A DNA stretch of 58,617 bases, from assembly GCA_024279115.1 (NCBI GenBank), contig JAJRRW010000048.1:1-58617 (forward strand), given 5' to 3'. The DNA comes from Alphaproteobacteria bacterium (GTDB lineage Bacteria > Pseudomonadota > Alphaproteobacteria > Rhizobiales > JAKIUO01). Of the stretch, positions 51,960 through 58,617 are shown in pieces; the stretch's first letter is position 1, and every line of letters starts with the position of its first letter. The notes beneath the pieces are model-generated. The model was not told where the DNA came from, searched no databases, and saw only the letters and a list, made by a program, of their open reading frames with translations. The translations under genes were made by a program, and so were the position numbers.

Positions 51960-52591
51960 AGACACGCAGCATAATGTCATCTATCGAATCTTATGGAAAA
52001 TTGCTACGTAGCCTGGGCCATGACGATATAGCCGATAGATTGACTGCTATCAGCCCGCTATTCAAAGGCTTTCTTTCAAAAGACATGAAAAACCTTTTGG
52101 CTCAGCTTGCCCAGATTACGGCGGAGGAGGTTGCTGAAAATGATGCTGAAATCAGTCCAGCATATCAAATCTCCGACATCACCAGAGATTTGAATCTGCT
52201 TGTTATTTTTCTTAAAGGCAATGCGGGATCTCAACGAGCGAAAGATATTCTTAACCTTGACAAGTTATTGTCAAATTTCGAACAGTTTACAATCAATCAG
52301 TTCGTTGCTGCAGTCATGTCTTTGCGTAAGCGGCCACCGGAGCCCAAAAAAATGCATCGTACTCTTGCTGAAAAATTGAAAAATAGCCTTGGAACAGATA
52401 GCTCATTCCAGCCGCTTTTTGATCAACTAGGCTCCATGGAGACTGCGGATGTCAGTCTTGTGACTGAAAAACTGATGGGTTTTTCCTTCAAATCCACAAA
52501 AAAAAATCTGCATAGTATTCTTGATCGCCATAACGATTTGAAAAGGCTTCTTGCCAAAGGTCGCTATATGGATGGGCGATCCGCAGCCTGA
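51956..52591 (+). CDS. Hypothetical helical protein coupled to the ParA-like gene
   Basis: 211-aa ORF, ATGA overlap with the repaired ParA stop, AT-richer sequence like its partner. Confidence 0.75.
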   Translation: MKTRSIMSSIESYGKLLRSLGHDDIADRLTAISPLFKGFLSKDMKNLLAQLAQITAEEVAENDAEISPAYQISDITRDLNLLVIFLKGNAGSQRAKDILNLDKLLSNFEQFTINQFVAAVMSLRKRPPEPKKMHRTLAEKLKNSLGTDSSFQPLFDQLGSMETADVSLVTEKLMGFSFKSTKKNLHSILDRHNDLKRLLAKGRYMDGRSAA

Positions 52592-52595
52592 TTCC

Positions 52596-53204
52596 CTACT
52601 TCCCCAACACCAGTTCATCAGCAAAATCGAGGCCCAGCGGTACGTGGGTGGCGGCAATGACGATGCCGCCGTTTTTGATATGGGAGGAGACGACGCCCGC
52701 CAGGGTTTCCACCGAGCGCACATCAAGGGAAACGGAGGGTTCATCGAGGAACCAGATTGGGCGTTTGATCAGCACAAGCCGCGACAGGCCAAGGCGGCGT
52801 TTTTGCCCCGCTGACATGATACCGGCGGGAATATCTTCCAGTCCGCGCAGCCCGAAGGTGTCGATGGCCTCCTGGAAATGGTCCCCCTCGATCTTATCAG
52901 ACGGCAGATAGTGCGAGAGAAAATGCAGATTTCCGCGGGCCGTAAAGCTGTGTTTGATGCCGTTGTGATGGCCGACATAATGGCATTGCTCGGCCAATTC
53001 TTGTTGGTCATCGCCGCCCTCAAGCTTGATGGTGCCTGCATTAGCCTCGATAAAGCCGGCCAGCATGCGCAGCAGCGTGGTCTTGCCTGACCCATTGGCC
53101 CCGGTCAACAGCAGGCCGCGCCCCGCTTCAACAGTGAAGCTAAGATCGGCAAAAATGGGGCGCATGCCGCGCTGACAAGACAGATTTTCAACGACAAGTT
53201 TCAT
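52596..53204 (-). CDS. ccmA: Heme ABC exporter ATP-binding subunit
   Basis: L.C.RG.R..F, GANGSGKTTLLR, YVGH, SAGQKRRLGL, W.LDEP, ATH. Confidence 0.95.
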   Translation of the reverse strand: MKLVVENLSCQRGMRPIFADLSFTVEAGRGLLLTGANGSGKTTLLRMLAGFIEANAGTIKLEGGDDQQELAEQCHYVGHHNGIKHSFTARGNLHFLSHYLPSDKIEGDHFQEAIDTFGLRGLEDIPAGIMSAGQKRRLGLSRLVLIKRPIWFLDEPSVSLDVRSVETLAGVVSSHIKNGGIVIAATHVPLGLDFADELVLGK

Positions 53205-53315
53205 CAAATTCCGTTCATTTTGGCGAACAAGCTTCAGATAGTCTGGTCAAATGTCAACAGGCTTACTATAAGTGCCGAAACCAAACTTTCATGAACAAAC
53301 AGGAAGTGTAAGCAT

Positions 53316-56006
53316 ATGGCAAGCCCCCAAAACTCCCTCGACAGTTTTAAATGCAGAAAAACGCTGAATGTAGCTGGCAAGGACTATGTTTATTTCGATC
53401 TCAAACAGGCCGAGAAAAGTGGTCTCACCGGGATCTCAAGGCTGCCCTTTTCCCTGAAAGTGCTGGTGGAGAACCTGTTGCGGTTTGAAGATGGCCGCAC
53501 GGTCACCAAAGAGGATATCACGGCCTTTTCGGACTGGCTGGAAGAGAAGCGCTCCACCCATGAGATCGCCTATCGCCCGGCCCGTGTGCTGATGCAGGAT
53601 TTCACCGGCGTGCCCGCCGTTGTTGATCTGGCCGCCATGCGCGACGCCATGAAGGATCTGGGCGGCGATGCCAGGGCCATTAACCCGCAAGTGCCGGTGG
53701 ATCTGGTCATTGATCACTCTGTGATGGTGGATAATTTTGGGTCCGACGATGCGTTCGGGCAAAATGTGACGCGCGAATATCAGCGCAATAAAGAGCGCTA
53801 TGAATTTTTGCGCTGGGGCGGCGAAGCCTTTGATAATTTTCGTGTTGTGCCCCCTGGAACCGGCATCTGCCATCAGGTCAATCTGGAATATCTGGCCCGC
53901 ACCGTCTGGACCAAAGATATTGATGGCGACACCTATGCCTATCCCGATACGCTGGTGGGAACCGACAGTCACACCACCATGGTCAACGGTCTGTCCGTGC
54001 TGGGCTGGGGTGTTGGCGGCATTGAAGCTGAAGCTGCGATGCTTGGCCAGCCCATCAGCATGTTGATCCCTGAAGTAGTGGGCGTGAAACTGTCCGGCCA
54101 GCTTGGCGAAGGTCTGACTGCGACCGATCTTGTCTTGCGGGTTGTGGAGATGCTGCGCGAGCATGGCGTGGTCAGCAAATTTGTGGAATATTTTGGCGAT
54201 GGTCTCGATCATCTGTCGCTGGAAGATCAGGCAACCCTGGCCAATATGGCCCCCGAATATGGCGCGACTTGCGGTTTTTTCCCGGTTGATGATGATACGC
54301 TCACTTACCTGAATGCAACGGGGCGCAAGGAGGAGGCCGTGTTGGTCGAAGCTTACGCAAAAGCGCAAGGCATGTGGCGTGAAGCTGGCAATGACCCCGT
54401 GTTTACCGATGTTCTGGAGCTTGATCTGGGCTCGATCCACGCGGCTATTTCTGGCCCCAAACGGCCCCAGGACCGTATTGATCTTGACAGAGCCAGGCAA
54501 CAATTCGCCAAGGTCATGGACGCCGAGTTTGGCAAGGGCGATGAATTGGATCGCCGGGTCGATGTGGCGGGCCGCGATCATGATCTGGGACATGGGGATG
54601 TGATGATCGCCGCGATTACCTCTTGCACCAACACCTCCAACCCGTCGGTGATGATTGCTGCTGGATTGCTGGCGCGCAATGCCCATGCCAGGGGACTGAC
54701 CGTCAAGCCCTGGGTCAAGACCTCGCTAGCACCAGGCTCGCAGGTGGTCACCGATTATCTCGATGCGGCCGGGCTAAGTGATGATCTGTCCGCGCTTGGT
54801 TTTAACCTTGTTGGCTATGGCTGTACCAGTTGTATCGGTAATTCGGGCCCCCTGGCCAAGGAGCTGGCCAACACCATCCACGAAAATGACCTCATTTCTT
54901 GTTCTGTGCTCTCTGGCAACCGCAATTTTGAAGGCCGCATAGGTCCCGATATTCGCGCCAATTTCCTGGCCTCGCCGCCCCTCGTTGTGGCCTATGCGAT
55001 CGCTGGCAACCTGAATGTTGATTTGATGGCAGACCCGCTTGGCAAGGATGCGGACGGCAATCCCGTCACCCTTAAGGACATCTGGCCGTCCAACAAGGAA
55101 ATCGCCGAATTTGTCCGCTCTACGGTGACGCCTGAAATGTTCGAGACGCGCTATGGCGATGTGTTCAAGGGCGACGAGCATTGGCAGGGCGTCAAAACCT
55201 CAGCTGGTGATACCTATTCGTGGGATATGGGGTATACCTATATACAAAACCCGCCCTATTTCACCGGTATGACCATGCAACCAGAAGCGGTGAAAGATAT
55301 TGCCAATGCCCGCATCATCGCTTTGTTTGGTGACAGCATTACAACGGACCATATCTCTCCGGCCGGCGCCATCAAGGAAGACAGCCCGGCAGGCAGCTAT
55401 CTGACGGAGCATCAAGTGCCAGCCCGCGAGTTCAATAGTTACGGCTCGCGTCGCGGCAATCATGATGTGATGATGCGCGGCACTTTCGCCAATATTCGCA
55501 TTCGCAACCAGCTTTTGCCGGGATCAGAGGGCGGCGTTACCCGCCATATGCCGTCGGGCGACGAGATGTCGATTTATGATGCTGCCATGCGCTATATGGA
55601 AGAAGGCGTACCGCTGGTGGTGCTGACCGGCAAGGAATATGGCACCGGGTCGAGCCGTGACTGGGCCGCCAAGGGCACTCGCCTGCTCGGTATCCGCGCC
55701 GTTATCGCCAGCAGCTTTGAGCGCATCCATCGCTCCAATCTGATTGGTATGGGGGTGCTGCCTTTGACCTTCCAGACGGGCGAAGACATTCATAGCCATG
55801 GTCTCACCGGCGAGGAGCAGATCAGTATTGGCAATCTGGTCGACCTCACACCGCGTTCGGATATTGAAGCGCAGGTCACAATGGCTGATGGCGCTCAAAA
55901 AACCATCACATTGCGTGTGCGCATTGATACCGAGGATGAGCTGACCTATTACCGTCACGGCGGCATTTTGCACTATGTGCTGCGCCAGTTGGCGGGGGCT
56001 GTTTAG
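53316..56006 (+). CDS. acnA: Aconitate hydratase A
   Basis: RVLMQDFTGVP, DHSV, GTDSHT, AITSCTNTSNP, GYGCTSCIGNSG, GSSRDWAAKG. Confidence 0.97.
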   Translation: MASPQNSLDSFKCRKTLNVAGKDYVYFDLKQAEKSGLTGISRLPFSLKVLVENLLRFEDGRTVTKEDITAFSDWLEEKRSTHEIAYRPARVLMQDFTGVPAVVDLAAMRDAMKDLGGDARAINPQVPVDLVIDHSVMVDNFGSDDAFGQNVTREYQRNKERYEFLRWGGEAFDNFRVVPPGTGICHQVNLEYLARTVWTKDIDGDTYAYPDTLVGTDSHTTMVNGLSVLGWGVGGIEAEAAMLGQPISMLIPEVVGVKLSGQLGEGLTATDLVLRVVEMLREHGVVSKFVEYFGDGLDHLSLEDQATLANMAPEYGATCGFFPVDDDTLTYLNATGRKEEAVLVEAYAKAQGMWREAGNDPVFTDVLELDLGSIHAAISGPKRPQDRIDLDRARQQFAKVMDAEFGKGDELDRRVDVAGRDHDLGHGDVMIAAITSCTNTSNPSVMIAAGLLARNAHARGLTVKPWVKTSLAPGSQVVTDYLDAAGLSDDLSALGFNLVGYGCTSCIGNSGPLAKELANTIHENDLISCSVLSGNRNFEGRIGPDIRANFLASPPLVVAYAIAGNLNVDLMADPLGKDADGNPVTLKDIWPSNKEIAEFVRSTVTPEMFETRYGDVFKGDEHWQGVKTSAGDTYSWDMGYTYIQNPPYFTGMTMQPEAVKDIANARIIALFGDSITTDHISPAGAIKEDSPAGSYLTEHQVPAREFNSYGSRRGNHDVMMRGTFANIRIRNQLLPGSEGGVTRHMPSGDEMSIYDAAMRYMEEGVPLVVLTGKEYGTGSSRDWAAKGTRLLGIRAVIASSFERIHRSNLIGMGVLPLTFQTGEDIHSHGLTGEEQISIGNLVDLTPRSDIEAQVTMADGAQKTITLRVRIDTEDELTYYRHGGILHYVLRQLAGAV

Positions 56007-56127
56007 CAGGAACATAGAAACCCCCGTTCTTTGGGCGTGGTCAGAGTACAACGGCTCTGCCAGTTGAACTCTCTGGAGGTAACGCTCTGAACTGATTTGT
56101 CTTCGCAAAATATAGTCTATCCATTGA

Positions 56128-56274
56128 CGTCATACCGGCGAAGGCCGGTATCCAGTCGGGTTGCAGTATTTTACTGAGTTTTGAAAAACGGAAATTTTTC
56201 AGTATGCTTCTCTAAAATCCAAAGGTAGAGGCATAACGATAGTCGTCTGGTTCCCGACCTTCGTCGGGATGACG
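56128..56274. repeat. CGTC-type REP doublet / MITE-like element
   Basis: CGTCATACCGGCGAAGGCCGGTATCCAG ... CTGGTTCCCGACCTTCGTCGGGATGACG inverted ends. Confidence 0.75.
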
Positions 56275-56332
56275 TTTCGTAGAGTAGTGTCAATCAAGGC
56301 AATTTCATCCCCCTCTGGGGGTTAACTCAATA

Positions 56333-56358
56333 CCACCCGCTCAGCGGGTGGATTTTTT
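56333..56358 (+). terminator. Hairpin with T tract between the convergent acnA and oxygenase genes
   Basis: CCACCCGC-tca-GCGGGTGG-ATTTTTT. Confidence 0.55.
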
Positions 56359-56437
56359 ACATTTGGAGCAATAGGGGGGCTGGTCTCTGGCAGTGTCAAG
56401 AGGGGATCTTGCAGCGCCAGGGGTCGGGCCGGACCGT

Positions 56438-57196
56438 CTAAACCGAGCCTGAGGCCAGTTCCCATTTTTCGCGCCAGTCTGATGTCACATAATTAATGAT
56501 CAACGATTTGCGCACTTTTCCCTCGGGAACCGGGTGATGACCAACGCCGTGCCAGGTATTGTCGGCGGGAATGAAAATCATGCCATTATTCATGCCATAG
56601 GGAGCCGATCCCACATATTCATGATCGGGCGGGCCACGATGAATATCGGTGCCGTTCTTGGCAAGCGCTGGGTCGTCGAGCAACGATAGTACCATCGACA
56701 TTTTTTTCACAGATATATCGGTATGGGGTTCGAGCCAGAACCCCGGGGCATCCTGGCAATATTCGATGCGCAGATGGCCATCTGACAGATCAGCACCCGT
56801 AATAAGCTCAATGGTTTCTCGCACAACCGGGTGCTCGAAGCCCTCGACGACTTCTTTTATAACGTCATATTCGGCCTGTTTTTCGGGATTGAAATAGGTG
56901 CGCAAATTGTCATTGGTGTTGCGGCGGCCATCGAAATTGGCCTCGTCTGCTGTGGGCACATGAAATGGCAGGGTGGTAATGGCCTCGCAATAGCCGGCCG
57001 GCAAGACATCTTTCATCAAAAAATGCGGATAGGGATCAACCGGCCTGCCGGAGAGATCAAGACTGGACAAAATGGACTGGGCAACCAGCGGCAGCCCGTT
57101 TGGGTCAGGCGCTTGGGGGCTATCTTGCTCATTATCTTGAGTTGCTCCGCTCAAATTCTTGATCAAGGACATGATGTCATCTTGTGAGTTTGACAT
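56438..57196 (-). CDS. 2-oxoglutarate/Fe(II)-dependent oxygenase
   Basis: PYPHF, L.PHTD (HxD), TWHG distal His, R.SL..NY 2OG-binding motif. Confidence 0.8.
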   Translation of the reverse strand: MSNSQDDIMSLIKNLSGATQDNEQDSPQAPDPNGLPLVAQSILSSLDLSGRPVDPYPHFLMKDVLPAGYCEAITTLPFHVPTADEANFDGRRNTNDNLRTYFNPEKQAEYDVIKEVVEGFEHPVVRETIELITGADLSDGHLRIEYCQDAPGFWLEPHTDISVKKMSMVLSLLDDPALAKNGTDIHRGPPDHEYVGSAPYGMNNGMIFIPADNTWHGVGHHPVPEGKVRKSLIINYVTSDWREKWELASGSV

Positions 57197-57363
57197 TTGC
57201 GTCTCCCCATAAGCTCCTATATGTGAGCTGTTTTAAGTCAAAACGTGGAACCCTTATACCTGTATCGGCCCCAAAAAAGGCAGAACAGAGGACATTTTTA
57301 TCTTAGCATAGCTGCGCGGGCTGTCACCCTTATCTTGTTTACAGGGTCTGGCGATGATAGTCG

Positions 57364-57391
57364 TTGACTTGCGTCAAAAACCGCGTATATT
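57364..57391 (+). promoter_or_regulatory. Putative sigma70 promoter of rplU-rpmA
   Basis: TTGACT-N16-TATATT. Confidence 0.45.
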
Positions 57392-57474
57392 TGCGCATTC
57401 GATGAGCGCAGATTGGCAAGGGCCTTTTTGCGCCAAATGCGCTATCCGAGGCCAATGCAAAAGTCTGCTTAACA

Positions 57475-57574
57475 AGCACAGCCCAAAAAAGTGAAACCGC
57501 TTTTGGACCAGTTGTGCGGCTAATGACAGCACAACCCCAAAAGTGGGAACCGGTTTTGGGACCAGTTGTGCGGC
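57475..57574 (+). repeat. Tandem pair of ~46-bp palindromic repeats (CIR/Bru-RS-like)
   Basis: AGCACA.CCC.AAAAGTG..AACCG.TTTTGG.ACCAGTTGTGCGGC at 57475-57520 and 57528-57574. Confidence 0.7.
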
Positions 57575-57626
57575 ATAAATAAGCAGCGCCGAAGGATGCG
57601 GGATAAAGTTTGAGGAAAAAGCCCAA

Positions 57627-58295
57627 ATGAGTGCTGAAAAATACGCTGTTATCAAGACAGGCGGCAAGCAATATCGTGTTGTTGCCGATGATATTCTGGA
57701 AATTGAAAAAATTGCTGGCGATGCCGGATCAACCGTCTCCTTTGACGAGGTGATGATGATCGGTGGCGATGGTGCGCCAATCGTTGGATCTCCCATGGTT
57801 GAAGGAGCCAGTGTTTCTGCCGAAGTGATCGAGCAAAAACGTGGCCGCAAGATCATCGTTTTCAAGAAAACACGCCGCAAAAACTATCGCCGTAAAAATG
57901 GTCATCGCCAGGAACTGACCAAGGTTAAAATCCTTGAAGTACTCGGCAAGGGTCAAACAGCGTCGAAAAAAGCGGCGGCCAAGCCCGCTGCCAAAAAAGA
58001 CGCAGCTCCTAAAGAGGCTGCTGCCAAGCCAGCCGTCAGCAAAGACGGCGAAGCTGCTCTGGTGCCTTTGTTCACGCCACCCGCAGGTGACGCTGACGAT
58101 TTGAAAAAAATCAGTGGCGTTGGTCCGGCCCTGGAGAAAAAGCTGAATGATCTGGGTATTACCACCTATGAGCAGGTCGCTGGTCTTTCCAAGGAAGAGA
58201 TCGCCAAGGTTGACGATGCGCTGAGCTTTAAAGGGCGCATTGAGCGCGATGACTGGCTGACACAGGCAAAAACTTTGGGCGACGAAAAGAAATAA
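57627..58295 (+). CDS. rplU: 50S ribosomal protein L21 with Ala/Lys linker and C-terminal helix-hairpin-helix-like domain
   Basis: YAVIKTGGKQYRV, RRKNYRRKNGHRQ; tail DDLKKISGVGPALEKKLNDLGI. Confidence 0.96.
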   Translation: MSAEKYAVIKTGGKQYRVVADDILEIEKIAGDAGSTVSFDEVMMIGGDGAPIVGSPMVEGASVSAEVIEQKRGRKIIVFKKTRRKNYRRKNGHRQELTKVKILEVLGKGQTASKKAAAKPAAKKDAAPKEAAAKPAVSKDGEAALVPLFTPPAGDADDLKKISGVGPALEKKLNDLGITTYEQVAGLSKEEIAKVDDALSFKGRIERDDWLTQAKTLGDEKK

Positions 58296-58339
58296 CAGAC
58301 CCCTGTAATACAGATAGAAACAGGTAAAGGACAGATATT

Positions 58340-58617
58340 ATGGCTCATAAAAAGGCAGGCGGTTCATCCCGTAATGGTCGCGATTCCGCAGGAAGAAGAC
58401 TTGGCGTCAAGAAATATGGCGGCGAAAGCGTGATCCCTGGCAATATTCTCATTCGCCAGCGTGGCACAAAATGGCACCCCGGCACGGGCGTTGGCATCGG
58501 CAAAGACCACACCATCTTCGCCAAGATCGAAGGCAATGTAGAATTCAAGACCCGCCGTAACGGCAAGGTCTTCATTTCCGTGATGCCGATTACCAGCGCT
58601 GCGGCGGCAAGTGGAAA
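58340..58617 (+). CDS. rpmA: 50S ribosomal protein L27 (3'-truncated by window)
   Basis: [25 protein letters not shown]...[21 protein letters not shown]; missing from the ORF track because no stop codon lies in the window. Confidence 0.96.
   Translation, partial: MAHKKAGGSSRNGRDSAGRRLGVKKYGGESVIPGNILIRQRGTKWHPGTGVGIGKDHTIFAKIEGNVEFKTRRNGKVFISVMPITSAAAASG

Noticed and set aside
53436..54686. 416-aa antisense ORF in acnA, and similar ones at 27446-28447, 20454-21404, 43778-44587 and 1830-2711
   Set aside because: Shadow ORFs opposite well-conserved genes in GC-rich coding sequence, with no recognisable motifs.

Overview
Chromosomal window from an alphaproteobacterium; the gene content and order (hemC-hemD-COG4223-hemY, ispH-thrB-rnhA, ccmAB-acnA, long rplU) fit Hyphomicrobiales. 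It opens at the edge of an integrated element: a large serine recombinase whose 3' end runs into tRNA-Thr(CGT). Core genes follow: heme synthesis, tsaD, gpsA, glnK-amtB plus a second amt, tesB and a UbiH-type hydroxylase. Next is a ~19 kb cobalamin-riboswitch-controlled B12 operon of the early-cobalt-insertion (cbiX/cbiD/cbiG) type with bluB and two cobalt uptake modules. The rest holds an RNase HI-HIT fusion, thrB, ispH, a DctB/DctD sigma54-controlled TAXI-TRAP transporter, ccmAB split by an AT-richer two-gene ParA-like cassette, acnA, a 2OG-Fe(II) oxygenase, rplU and partial rpmA. Four genes carry single-base indels in homopolymers, probably sequencing errors. The best leads are (i) an unannotated 30-aa membrane peptide transcription unit between the two Amt genes, (ii) the membrane-anchored ParA plus helical partner cassette inside ccmAB, (iii) the RNase HI-HIT fusion and (iv) a CbiH fused to a HutX/ChuX-like tetrapyrrole carrier domain in a cluster lacking cbiJ. 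All family assignments are from motif recognition by eye; no searches were run.
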